From the NCBI GenBank assembly GCA_021613535.1, contig CP075494.1, positions 5,518,001 to 5,582,000 on the forward strand: a stretch of DNA of 64,000 nt. The letters are read 5' to 3'. The position numbers were made by a program, and so were the translations under genes. How positions within the stretch are numbered: the stretch's first letter is position 1; the number at the start of each line of letters is the position of its first letter. Of this stretch, positions 25,116 to 37,873 are shown piece by piece. Origin of the DNA: Adineta vaga. Taxonomy: Eukaryota; Animalia; Rotifera. A model generated the notes under the pieces. It ran no database searches and was not told the DNA's origin. It saw nothing but the letters and a program-made list of their open reading frames with translations.

Positions 25116-25865
25116 TCATGATGAGCTACCAGAATTTATATTTTGTTCAACAAATGGAATAGCAGGTTTTAGATCAAAGTTATTCCCTTCGAAAATATTA
25201 TTTGTTTCAACTTCGCTTAAAAAATGAACGAGAAGTCCATAGGGACGAACATATCTCGGATCATTAACAATATAATATTGTCGTTCAGCGCACTCTGGTA
25301 TTCGAATTTGTTTTGGTTGAATTCGACATTGTAGAGCAATTTCAACATGATAATGCTTATTGTATCGAATAGGTTTCATCAATCGACAGTCCTCAATATT
25401 AGTCGTTAAATATTCTATTTTTGGTGTTAAAAATATACCTTGTCCACATTTTTTCACCTGAAACGAAGATGCATTGGGACCAATATCGTTCGATTTTGAA
25501 CCCCATTGACTATTACTTCCATGAAATACTTTGAAACCTTCGAAAGCAATACCTTTCACTACTTCTAATACATCACGACGTATTCCATGAAATCCAACAG
25601 CCCATTCCCCAGCCGCACCATCACAAGCCAACCATTGAGCACCACTATTACCGAATTTTTCTACATCTAAACCGTACCGTATCCATCCTTTAAACGGTGT
25701 ATAATAATCCCATTTACCACGACTCAATTTTACTGGTTGATCATTACAATATCGAAGATCACCTTTGTGATTAAATAAAGAAGATGGAAGTCCAAAAAAG
25801 CTCGCTGAACTAAATGTTTCAATCACACGTTCGAGATCAGCTTCATCCCAATAAGTACCTGCCAT
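25116..25865 (-). CDS. NEURL4-C-terminal-type (ARTD/PARP-like) ADP-ribosyltransferase domain protein
   Basis: PFKGWIRYGL, WLACDG..GEWAVGFHG, GQGIFLTP, LQCRIQP, VRPYGLLV; start MAGTYW follows a tttag acceptor. Confidence 0.7.
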   Translation of the reverse strand: MAGTYWDEADLERVIETFSSASFFGLPSSLFNHKGDLRYCNDQPVKLSRGKWDYYTPFKGWIRYGLDVEKFGNSGAQWLACDGAAGEWAVGFHGIRRDVLEVVKGIAFEGFKVFHGSNSQWGSKSNDIGPNASSFQVKKCGQGIFLTPKIEYLTTNIEDCRLMKPIRYNKHYHVEIALQCRIQPKQIRIPECAERQYYIVNDPRYVRPYGLLVHFLSEVETNNIFEGNNFDLKPAIPFVEQNINSGSSS

Positions 25866-26244
25866 TCTAAAAATTAAATCAAATACATTCTTGTATAAAT
25901 ATATATATGACAACAATTTCAATTGTAATCGATTACTGATGCTGCATGACGTATTCATCAGTAGGAAAAAACCAACCTAAGCTCACTGTCAAGTGTGTAA
26001 ATACACGATTGTCAAGAGGAAAAAGAAAAGAATAAAGTTTTTTTCTTTAACTTCGTAGCCGTCGATTTTGTTATGAAAAATACTCACAATAGTGAAAGGA
26101 TCTTTTTAGTCAATAATTCAAACATATGAGTTATTAATAGATGTTCTCAGTAGATCAAGAGAATATTTATTGAAATAAAATCAAAACAAGATAAAAAAAT
26201 CTGCAATACTTGTTCGACTAGTTTTATTCGTTTATCTTTGTAAA

Positions 26245-27033
26245 TTATGAAGTATTTTGTTTCAAAAACAGCATCAAAACTGATTGTTGTTGTTGTTTTT
26301 TGGAATCATCCATAAACGTATCTATAAATGTATTCCATGTTTGAATATCTATTTGTATCTTTTCGATTTCTTTATCAAGTAATATAGTAGATGCATCTAT
26401 AGTCTCTTTGGATAAATCAGTAGATGATAATGTTTCAAAGATGGTCTCTCTCATTTGTTTTCGTTGTATTAATAAATTCTCTTCAATTCGTAATATTTCA
26501 TTGATACTTGTACTGAGTTTTGTAATAATCGACGTGACAAATTTTGATGAACACTCAGATAATAATTCATTATAATCATTGTCGAATGTATCAATACGAA
26601 AGTCTGTATGAATCTGTAAAGCATCTATTTGTGATTTGGTCAATTGTTTGAGAAACTCACGTAATTTTGTTACTTCGGAATTCTCTACTAACTTCATTTG
26701 ATTTTCAATAGATGATGATTCAGTATTCGACACAAATAATTGTTCTCGTAAAGCAATGCACATTTGTTCACTAACAGTAAGTTGCTGTTGTAAAAGATTA
26801 TTTTGTTCTTTTAATGCATTGATTTGTTTTATATGAATTATTGAAGAAAGATTAACAGTATATCTATGCCAACAAAGATCACAGAAACAAAATACCCAAT
26901 CTGGAGAAATAGCACATAAGAGATAACCATCACTAATATCAAAGCATTTCGTCGCTTCGAAATACGATGAATCAATAGTATACACATACCATGAACAATG
27001 TAATGGTTTTCGACATGCATAACAATCAGCCAT
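26245..27033 (-). CDS. Unknown protein: N-terminal Cys-rich (CxxC...CxCxxC) region plus coiled coil
   Basis: 262-aa intronless ORF; CYAC...CFCDLCW followed by heptad-rich Q/E/K helices. Confidence 0.65.
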   Translation of the reverse strand: MADCYACRKPLHCSWYVYTIDSSYFEATKCFDISDGYLLCAISPDWVFCFCDLCWHRYTVNLSSIIHIKQINALKEQNNLLQQQLTVSEQMCIALREQLFVSNTESSSIENQMKLVENSEVTKLREFLKQLTKSQIDALQIHTDFRIDTFDNDYNELLSECSSKFVTSIITKLSTSINEILRIEENLLIQRKQMRETIFETLSSTDLSKETIDASTILLDKEIEKIQIDIQTWNTFIDTFMDDSKKQQQQSVLMLFLKQNTS

Positions 27034-27278
27034 GTTTTACACACACACTTGTATCATTTATTTTGAATTCTTCTTGCTGATATGATGGATCAACAAGTTA
27101 CCTTATCAGTTACTAACAACAAATGAATTTTTGCATTCCTTATACTGACGAAAGACAATAATATCAAAAAAATTTATTGAAATATTCATTCATAAAAAAA
27201 AGAAGAAGAAAGAAAAAGAAGACTTTTTAATAATTTATCTTGTAAAATAAAAATAAATAATTGTCATTTTGTTTGTGT

Positions 27279-28711
27279 TCAATTAATTGATGGTGGTGGT
27301 GGAATACTTGAATTCCAAACTGGTTCATTTTGTACTTGAATTGATTCAACAAATTTATCAGGATCAGTCAATAAACCATTTAAATTATATGTTAAATAAA
27401 TTTGATTTCTTTCTGATAAATCTTTCAATTGATTTATTTGAGAAAGAATCGGTTGAGTTGTATTTTGAACAAGAATAGAACGAATTTTCATTCGACATAA
27501 TTGTTTCAATCGAAATCCTCGTGTCATACGATCACGAAGTTGTTGAAACAATGGTTCTAGTCGAGAAACTTGTTGTTGTCCACTTTGTCGAATCCTACAG
27601 AATATGAAAATCAAATTCGAATCCATGATAAATATTTTTCTCTTACATATTAATTTCTTGTTGTTGTTGATCTAGATAATGTCGAAAACCTTTCGTTTCA
27701 CATAAAGGTTCAATAAAATCCATTAGATTTACACGTATATTTGGTACGCGTAAATAAATTGAAAAACAAATTTTAATAATATGTGCAAAATAATGTCGAA
27801 CATGAATCAATCGTACGATTAATAATTGAGCTAAATAAACGCGTGAAACGGAATAAGATTGATTAATACTCGAAGGTCCGAGAACGTGATAGAAAATTTC
27901 CATATTTTCCGATGATAGAAAAAGAGATTGTTTGGATAGAAGTTGATAGAGTTCATCTAAGTATGCAGCATGACATGTTAATGGAAGAAAAATACAACCG
28001 ATCAATAGAGCACGAAAAATTGATTGTTGTGAAGAGAAAGACGAATCAAGACGAAAGACAAGTTGACGATAAAGTGTACGAGTAGTAATATTATGAAAAT
28101 AACGAGCTAGAAGAAAGAAAGAAATATGAGTTGTTTTTTATCATTATTGTTGTTGTTGTTTTTTTTTCTACCAGCATCTCGAAGAAAAAGATCAATTTTT
28201 GCTTGATCAGCCTCGGATCCTTGTTTCATCAATGGAAATTGTAGAATCGATGAATCTTCAATAATACTCATCAATTGAGTTTGTAATATAATAGGATAGG
28301 ATATAAAATGATCTGTTAAATCAGCATAAACAATTTGATCAAGATAATTTGTAATTAAAATCTGATATTTTTCATGATGGTGAAGTTCAATTAATTCATC
28401 AAGAAATGAAATAAAATAATGAACACGTTCGTAATATTTGGCCGAACAAAGTGAACCGATTTCTGCAACAGTTGATAAGAATAATGATCGTTCATATGTC
28501 AAATACATTTGAGCAATATTATTCAATGATATTAAATATGAAGGTGAGATTAAATCCATCATTGATTGAGAAATATCTTTAGTCTAGAGAAGAAATTATC
28601 TCGACTTCAATGGAAATAATTAAGTCATACCTCAAGAAGATCATTAACAAATCGATGGGCACATTGAATTGGTGTTAAATAAGTCGGTTGTTGTTGGATA
28701 GAAACTTCCAT
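27279..28711 (-). CDS. Multi-exon protein with C-terminal SOCS box
   Basis: MEVSIQQQPTYLTPIQC exon spliced to 28107-28562, 27643-28005 and 27279-27626; C-terminal FRLKQLCRMKIRSIL...INQLKDLSERNQIYL. Confidence 0.7.
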
Positions 28712-29092
28712 TTTTCGTTCGATGAATCTAAAAGAAAGATTAATAAATGTTTTCATTGAAACTATCTAGATCACTTCACCTTCGTGATATTAATCGAAGG
28801 TGATTCTATATTTGTCATTCATTTTCTCCAGTTGGAAAAGTCAATAGATGTCGCTGTTAAAACTAATTATGAATTGAATTGATAATTTAAAGATTTTTCT
28901 GTTTATTAAAAATCATTTCGTTTTTCTCGTAAATAAATTCGAATTTCAAAAGTAAGATATTAGAATCGAACTAATCTTCTGTTGTCATAGAATTGTTTCA
29001 TCGTCATGGTAGAACATAATTGGAGGAATAGTTGATCAACTGCCTCCTTTCTTTTTGGTTTCTTATATTCAATAGGTTTTTTTAATATTAAA

Positions 29093-32000
29093 ATGTCGAA
29101 AAAATTAAAGAAAAAAATAAGTGATGGTTTGGATGATGGCGATAGTGATTTAGATTTCAATAATGGTCACGATAGTTCAGATAGTACTCTACCAACTGAT
29201 CCAACATTTCCTGGTCTTGCTGGACTTTCTCTTCTTGACGTAAGTATATAGTTTATTTTTATTTAAGAAGCAAGTTTATCGTCAGTAAAAAGAGTTGACC
29301 ATAGGAATAACCAGCGTTTGAATTTTCGAACACAATTTTGTGCCTTCAATTCGAATTCAACTTCATTATTGAGTGCATTAATTTCGGATAATTTTCTTGT
29401 TTCATCTAAAACATTCATTCCTTGTTCGATAATTTTCACAAGTGATTTCTTTTGCCATTGATCATCGATTTCTTCAGGCGGAAGTGGTGAAGATGAATCA
29501 TCAATACTGGATTCAGATCGAATTGAATAAGCTCTATTTTTTCGAAGAAATTTTTGTTTGGCTTGTAATGTAGTTGCTAGAATCGATGAACGATTGACCG
29601 AATGTGTTTCTTCCGTAAAACTTGGTTGTAATACTCGCATTGGTATGGATTTCCATTGTGGAATTTGTTTGGTTAATTCACTTTCAATTGCATCACGATA
29701 TGCACTAAGTAATGATAATTGACCTTGAAACGAAAGATTTTCTCTCAAAAGATGATGTTTATGTAAAATATCACCACCGGAAGGTAAAGCACTTCCATAT
29801 AAACGATGAAAATGACGTTGTCGTTCATTATCTTGTTTATCTTTATCAATAATTGTAAGTAAACGTTGACGTTGTTTTCGTTCTTTGATAGTTAATTGTG
29901 CATTAGAATCGAAGAATTGCTTCGGCCATAGAACAACGCCAATATGGAGTAATGTGGGAAGTAATTGTTCGAATTCGTCAGGAACTTGTTGACAAATTTC
30001 ATCGAATTTTTTTCGATCAGATTCAGAAAGGATTGGATTGAAATCAAGTGAAGATAAATGTAATGGACGATCTCGAACTGTAGTCGAGGTACTTATGTAA
30101 CTTCGAGCTGGTCCTTCAGATGGTGCATGATGATTGAATAGCGGTGATGTTGATGATGGAATGAATGCTGCATGGCGTGAGCGTGTTAATACTGATGATG
30201 TAGCACTGGAAACAGAAAATGCTTTTTGAGAAGTTGTACGATAGAATTTAGCTTCAGTAGTAGAAGCCAGATAAGTATCACGTGTTTTCGGAGTTTTATC
30301 ATCAATTTTGATTTCTTAAATAGACGAAAAATAAAAGTATATTCATAGTTAATTATTTATTTACCTGGAATTGAAGATGGTAGGAGTTTTTCATTCTTAT
30401 TCGATACTACTTTTGGTAAATTCGATGGTAAACGTGGACTTGATGTTGATTGCCGTTCATGGTTATTTTCTCTTGCAAATTGTACACGTTTATTCGTTTC
30501 TGGTTGATCGAGAAGCCAAGTGTGAACAATATCAGCCGACGTTGGTGAAAGAAGATCTTCTTGACTTAGAGTTTTGAATAACGGTGAACGATTTTCTTTG
30601 ATCGTCGGGAAAGTTCCTTCGACTGGAATTCGCGGCAATAAAACTGTTTTTGGACGTTGAAAATTCTTCGATCTAAATGTTTTGAATTAAATATCTGTCT
30701 ACAAATCTAATCTCTATTTACCCTGTTGTTATCGTATCCATTTGTTCCGAAAGCAACTATTCATTTGAAGATATGACCGAAAAGCATGTCTTCGTTCTTT
30801 AGTAATAAAAAAGATAAATGTTATCAAAAGTCATGTGTAAATATTTATAGGATACTTCTCCACTTGGTGTAAATGGTCATGATTTTGATGGTTTAACATC
30901 GACGCCAACAACAAATCGTCAAAATAATGTAATGAAAAATGTTATTGAATCAAAAAAACTTCAACATAGTCTTCAATTATTAAAAATTGAATTAAATCAA
31001 CGTGATCTTTTGATACAAAATCTTAAAATTGAATACGAAGAAAAATGCGAAGATCTACAAGAGAAATTAGCCGATATGACTTATCAACGAGATTTATTAC
31101 AGACGAAACTTAATTCTCAAGTTCAAGTAAGAAAATAAGTCGAACTTTTCATTTGAAACAATAAAAGAAAATTACATTTAGATTGAGCGTGAATTAACAC
31201 TTCGTTCACAAGAAGAAGTTCGTCAACAATTATCACATATTATGGATCGACAACGTCAATTAGAAGATGTGAATAAACGTTTAATATCGAAATCGAATGA
31301 AATTCGACACAATTTACAACATAAAATTTTACCTACAGATGAAGAATATCGAATATTGAAATCAACAGATATTAATTCGGAACAAATGCCTTTAAAAGAT
31401 TTCATTATGGTTTGTATAATCATTACAAAAGAATCACTAAAAAGTCAACTTTTTTTTCAGATCAAATTCTATGAAACAGTACGACCAATTGAAATGGAAT
31501 ATGAAAATTGTAAACGAACACAAAATATTCTCGAAAGTCAATTATCAACAACAGGACAAGATCTTCTTCAAACACAAAAAGTATAGAATTACATACCTGA
31601 ACTATTGATTGAATCAATTGGATTTTTCTTAGACTTTAGATGAAGAACGTCGATCAAGTCATAATGTTCATATGCAATTACAAAAAACTACAGCAGAATT
31701 GAATCAATATAAGAATTTATGTGAACAAAATGATTTTAAAAAACAAAATTATGATCGAATTAAAAAGTAACTTACTTGTTCTTTTGTCCTCTTAATCAAA
31801 AGAGAAATATATTGATTTTTGTAATTTTTGTTTTCCTAAAGTGAACGAGATCAATACGAACATCGTATTGTTGAACTTGATCGACAAGTAACACAACATG
31901 ATTTACATATTCAAACACAAATAAAAGAAAAAGAAAATTTACTTTTACAAGTAAAAACACGATGAATTTTATTTTACAAAATAACACTTTCTAATAACAT

Positions 32001-33953
32001 AGTTAGCAGAATCACGTCAGGAAATTGTCGTTCTTCGACAAGATAAAGAATATTTAACGCGACAATACAATGATATTCAACATAAATTCTATTCAACTGA
32101 AGAAAAAGTATCAACACTTGAAGCAGCACTCGATGAAACCAAACGAGCAAAAGAAATTCTTTATGAAAAACATATTTCAACAAGGTAATAACATCTGTTT
32201 CCAATCCATCGATATATAAAAAAACATATAAACATACGTATGGTTAATTTTAGAGATGCATATAAAACTGAATATGAAAATAAATTATCTGTTGAATTGG
32301 AACAACTTCGTTCGAAAACGACAATTGAAATTGAAAAATTACGTGATGGAGTCAAAGATATGTATGAACGAGAAAATCGGTACGTTCTTTCATTTTCGTT
32401 TTCTATAAACTTTTGACATTTTGTACAGATCATTTCAACATGCACGCGATGAAGCTCTACTTGAACGTGATCGACATATTCAACTTGAACGAGATTTACA
32501 ACGAAAATATGATGAATTATTAAACGAGTAAGATTCATCAGTCGTTTTTTTGTTTGAATAATTGAGGGCAATTGGTTATCGTTTTTGGAAATAGATCACG
32601 TCAATATCAAAGTAATGTTGAAGTTCGTTTAGGTGAATTACAAGCTGAAGTTAAATTAAAAACATTTGAATCTGATCGTGTTCAATTATTATATGAAGAA
32701 AATTTGAAATCTTTGAAAACGACTCAAATTGAAATCGAGAAATTACAAAAGAAAAATGATGTATGAGAAATTCGTTAGAAAAGTTCATCGACTATGTTTT
32801 GTTTATTTAGTTAATTCAAAAAGAATATTTCAATTTACAAGTTCAATCAGATCGTCGTCTTATGGAAATTGATACAGAATTAAATGAAAAACGAACAAAA
32901 TTACAAGTTTATGAAAAAGTTGAACAAGAATTAGATGAAGTCGTTATGCAAGCAGCGCAAGGTAATTAATAAAAAAACGAAGAATATCCTGATATCTTTT
33001 CATTTAGTTGAAAACGATGGTGATGCTGATAAAGTCTTGTTTTCCTATGGTTACGGTGCTTCATTACCAACATCAGCTAAACGACGTCTTCAACATTCTG
33101 TTCATCTAGCTAAACGTGTTATTCAACTTGAACAAGCGAATACATCATTACGTTCACAATTAGATCGAGAACGAAAGGATAAAACTGATATTCATCGTGA
33201 TGTATGTTTCTAAAGATTTCTTCGAAGGAATTTCATTGAATTTCTTTTTTTCAGTTAGAAAATGCAAATAAAATCCTCGATCAAGCTCAACAACCCTATG
33301 ATTTTCTCATTGCAACAATTCGTAATAAAGATACACAATTGAAGAAAGTTCAAGATACAATTGATCATCTTGAAAATCAACTTCAGTATTTTATATAAAC
33401 AAATTGTTTTGTACATCGAAAATGTTTCGTTTCTAGAGAATCAGAACAAGATCGACAAGCATTAGCAAAAACGAATAATCAATTAACGAAAGATATTGAA
33501 AAGTTATTAGAATATCAAGAAGTGAGTTTTATTTTTGATTTCTTCGATAAATATTCGATTATTTTCGTTTGTAGCCATTGAAAGTAATGAAAAATGTTAT
33601 TATGAATTTACAACATCAAGATCCACAACGACCAATTCGTCGTTCACCATCACCCTCATTTAATAATAAATATCGTTCACTTACACCACCAACACATCAA
33701 TCGAAACGATCTGTTGTTTTCGCAGATCAATTAAACGAACATAATAATCCTCCACCTATGGTTTTCGTATGTCTAACTTCATTTTCTTTCTTTCTTTCTT
33801 TAAAAATATTGTTTCGTTTGTTTGTTTTTTTCTCCTACAATTTAGACATCAACAAGCAATGCACGAAGTCCTTCATCAAATGTTATTCGAGGTCCACCTG
33901 CATCACAACAAGGAAAATATCGTAAAATATATAAAATGACAAATAATCAATGA
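29093..33953 (+). CDS. PIBF1: Progesterone-induced blocking factor 1 / CEP90 centriolar coiled-coil protein, many exons
   Basis: [31 protein letters not shown] and [33 protein letters not shown] match recalled PIBF1 motifs; exon 1 29093-29239, intron 29240-30850, last exon 33846-33953. Confidence 0.88.
29263..30741 (-). CDS. Unknown ~460-aa protein nested antisense in PIBF1 intron 1 (3 exons)
   Basis: MDTITTG exon (30741-30722), exon 30673-30365 and long exon 30315-29263 join in frame through GT-AG introns. Confidence 0.75.
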
Positions 33954-34158
33954 ATTTTAGTTCCTTAGCAAAATCATTTCTTCTTCAATGTGCTTTTGTC
34001 TTTACTATATACATTGTTTGTTTTTTTATACTTGTAATTATTCACAACATATAGATTAAATAGATATATTTGTTCCAAAGGATGTCAGTTTGTTCACAAA
34101 AATATACAGACATAGTGTTCCGTATGCAATTCTTGGTTTGGAATCCATTCGTATAACT

Positions 34159-35090
34159 TCAGAATAAGCCAGTCGGTGGTGCTGAAGTATTGTATATTCC
34201 ACTGATATATGAATTTAATGGATATGTCATTGGTTGATTCATTCGCTTTTGTTTTCGTTGAAGTAAAATAATATAAATCCAAAATAAAATGATCATAATC
34301 GTAATTAAAATGACTAAGATATATTTTATTTAAACAATAAGAACAATTGGATTAAACTTACTATTGATAGTACTAACTAAAAAAGATCGAAAGATAGAAA
34401 TATTTTGTTTGTAAAAATAATCAATTTTTACTTGCTGATAATATACTATGTAAGTCTTTAATGACGTTCATACATGATTGATATCTATTCATGAAAAAAT
34501 CGATTATAACTTACATTAATTGATTTGATTAATAGTCACTGAAATATTTTTGTTAAATCAACTGATTTAAAAGTACAATCATCGTGGCAATTTTGAGGAA
34601 AGTTCGAACCGAAATAGATAATTTCTTTGATTGATAATTTTCGATTATGATCAATACCACAACATTTTCCATCTTTGATAGTTGAATACACTAACAATAA
34701 ACTACTTTCATTTGGTATTTCTCCATTAGGATAGCGTCGAATTAATGTAGAAAATTTCTCGCGAGATACATCGACAAAATCCATCAAAAATTGTATAATA
34801 AAGAAAAATATGATGATGAAAATGACTGAAAAAACAATGAATCGTATCGATATATGAATAAATGTAAACAAACTTGTAGCAACAATTAAAACAGATTTTA
34901 GTACTTTAACATTTGTTGTTGTACATAGAAATAGACTTAATATAAATTGTGTTATACAGATGATCATCGACGTGAATAATACATGACCGGAAAAACTAGT
35001 AATAAAAAATTGTACGAGAAATACTAAAGGTATTTCAATTAATAGAAAGATCAGGAAGAAAATTAGTAAAATACGTAAAGCAATAGTCAT
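34159..35090 (-). CDS. Divergent tetraspanin-like protein
   Basis: Hydrophobic TM segments, then KCCG..FPQNC; downstream exons give RYQSCMNVIKD and a final TM (ILITIMIILFWIYIILL) with tail ending PPTGLF*. Confidence 0.6.
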
Positions 35091-35187
35091 AATTCAAAAG
35101 AAAATAATATTGAATACCGCCGTTTTTCTTCTTTATTTTATTGATTTCAAAGATAAATTAATCTTACTGAAAAATGATTGAAGCTTT

Positions 35188-36613
35188 TTAAAAACATTCA
35201 CTATTATCAATATTGAATTTATCAACTCGACCAGTACCATAATTACTAACATAAGCATTTCCATCTTGATCAAAAACTAGATCAGTTGCTTGACTAAGAG
35301 TATATTGTTTTTCACCGATAATAGTTGTACCATTGATATCGTTTGGTGTCCAACGTATTACTCGACTGTAGTAGCCATCAATAGCATAGATATTTCCAGA
35401 TGAACTAATACGAATTCCTCGTGGATAACGAATCTTTCCGATAAGAATACCTTCACTAGAATCTTTTGTCCATTTAACAATTCGATCGTTGGAAAAATCA
35501 CTGATATAAACAGTTTGTTTTTCATCCACAAAAACATTTGATGGTTCATTTAATTGATGAAGTCCATTACCTTTACCATTATTTCCTGCTACAATACCAT
35601 CAAGTGTTAAATTCGCTCCTACTATCCAACGTGTCACACGATGTTTATCATTTTCAACAACATATAGTAAACCTTGACTATCGAATGCTATACCACTACA
35701 AGAAAGATTATTACGAAGAATTTTTGCATTCGTTGCACCTTGTGGCCAACGGACAATTCGTCGATTTCTGCTGTCACAGACAACTAAACTTCCATCTTCT
35801 GAATCTAATAACATACTTGATATCTAAATAATCAACGATGACATATATGAACTCATAATAAATTTGCACATACCCAACCAAATTGATCAAGTCGATCTCC
35901 ATTTCCATTTCCTCCTGCAACAATAGCGCCTTGTTTTGCATTCGATTGCCATGTTACAATACGAGCATTGCCTGTATCAGCAACATAGAGAGTATTCAGT
36001 TTTGAATCAAATATAATTGCTGTTGGACTTCGTAATTGATTTGTTCCAGTACCAGTATATTTATCACCAGCTACAGTTACACCTTCTTTTGTCCAACTAA
36101 CATTAGCACAAAGTTCTTCTAATAGGAACATGGATGTTGTTGTTGTCATCATTGTTGTCGTTGATAAGGTCGATGCTATTGAAATCAAATTGAATTTTTC
36201 ATAGAAAAAAGAAAGCCTCTTTTCATCTTACTCGAACTTTGATACAATGGTGGACATATATCTAATGTAGCCATACCAGTTGGATAACATAATGGTTTTG
36301 CTGCCATTAAATTTGGATGATGAACACAAACAGTATAGGGTTGATCACAATAATAATTATGTTCATTACATGTTTTTAATTTCGTTGAATTTAAATGAAG
36401 ATAAGCACAAATACCACTTTGATCGTCGACTGTTGAAAAAGGTAAGCAACCACAATTAGGATTTGTCGAGCAATGAGCATAGAGAGGTAAGTTTCGACAT
36501 GTTTGACTTGCCGTTAAAGCTAAAGAAAAAAAAATATATTCGTTTTTCAAATGAAAAATCTACCAAGGACGAACGTTACCTAATAAACTGAATAGAATTG
36601 AAATAACTATCAT
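35188..36613 (-). CDS. Secreted NHL-repeat (beta-propeller) protein with Cys-rich N-terminus and Thr linker
   Basis: Signal MIVISILFSLL/ALTA, Cys-rich exon, TTT linker, NQLRSPTAI..LYVADTGNARI, GNGLHQLNEPSNVFVD..VYISDFSNDRI. Confidence 0.85.
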
Positions 36614-36890
36614 TTTCGTTTGATAATATGACTGCATACAATATCAATCGAGTCAATTTATCCTCCGATACTTTTGTCATTTGATACTGATTAATCGAAA
36701 TCGTTGCATAGCTAGAGAATGCTATATCATGATGATTTATACTATTACATAAAGCGAACAAGAAAAAGCGCTATATCATCCTTTCTTGTATGTTATTGAA
36801 AACGAATAAAATCCATATGATATCACAATAATTAGTAAGAAACGTTTTCTTTTATTACTTTAATCAGAGAAAAAAAAAGAAATAGCATAA

Positions 36891-37706
36891 TTAGCAATCT
36901 TCTTCTTCTTCTTCTTCTCGAATTAGATATTGTTTTTCATAACAGGTTTCACAGATACAATCAATAAAGTCATTCAATGAACATGCATGTAATGCAACAT
37001 ATCGACGTCGTACTGTATGTTTACAAATTGTACATTGAAATTTGATCTTGACATCTTTACTTGAATTACGTAATGAATATTGACAACGGCTATATAATTT
37101 TGAACATTCTTTATTCATTGTATTTCCTTGATTGATAAATGCAAGAAGAAAATCGATATGAACAGATTGTTCTTCGATTTTTTCTTGCAGTTTTTCTTGA
37201 ATTTGTAATGATGAATCTAATTGTGAACGAAGAAGATCAAGAATAGGTCGAAGTTGTTGAAATGAGCAAGTTTTCATATGAAGTTCTTGCTCATCACGTG
37301 GTCCTTTCCATGAACATTGAATATCTTCAGCTAAACATGTTACAAACTTCTTCGTACATTTCGCTTCATGTTCACGAAAATTTCCACGTTGAATATTTTC
37401 TTCTCGACATTGATTACATCGAACAGATAATCGATCAAGTTGATTATTGACAATTTGCGTATTAATAGGTGAAAACTTCGTATTCTCTTCATCATCCACA
37501 TTTGGACATTGTCGACATGTTGGACACGAATGATTTTCATTCAACCATTGTTTAATACATTCACGACAAAATGTATGTCGACAAGAAAGACTTACCGGTT
37601 TAAGAAATGGTTGTGTACAAATGGGACATTTCAATTCATCATCAATTTCATTTTCATTCATATATTCATAAGTATTGATGAGAGATTTCAATATCGACGT
37701 AGCCAT
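36891..37706 (-). CDS. RING finger plus TRAF-type zinc finger E3 ligase
   Basis: CPICTQPFLKPVSLSCRHTFCRECI...CPTCR; C..C...HEAKC; C...CSWKG...HMKTC; coiled coil; extra C-terminal Cys/His cluster. Confidence 0.88.
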   Translation of the reverse strand: MATSILKSLINTYEYMNENEIDDELKCPICTQPFLKPVSLSCRHTFCRECIKQWLNENHSCPTCRQCPNVDDEENTKFSPINTQIVNNQLDRLSVRCNQCREENIQRGNFREHEAKCTKKFVTCLAEDIQCSWKGPRDEQELHMKTCSFQQLRPILDLLRSQLDSSLQIQEKLQEKIEEQSVHIDFLLAFINQGNTMNKECSKLYSRCQYSLRNSSKDVKIKFQCTICKHTVRRRYVALHACSLNDFIDCICETCYEKQYLIREEEEEEDC

Positions 37707-37873
37707 TTGTTTCAAAACGACAAACTAAACGATTGTACTATCATCAGACCAGCTGTTTCCTTTGATGATTGCTTTTTCTTTGCAAAAATATATGATTATA
37801 ATGATTATTCAAATCGATTATCATAGAAATTCTTGTTTTATTATGTGAAGAAAAAAAAAAGAGAAGAAATGAA

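Noticed and set aside
28981-28994. GTTGTCATAGAATT X-box-like site upstream of PIBF1
   Set aside because: The 3' half deviates from RRNAAC; too weak to call.
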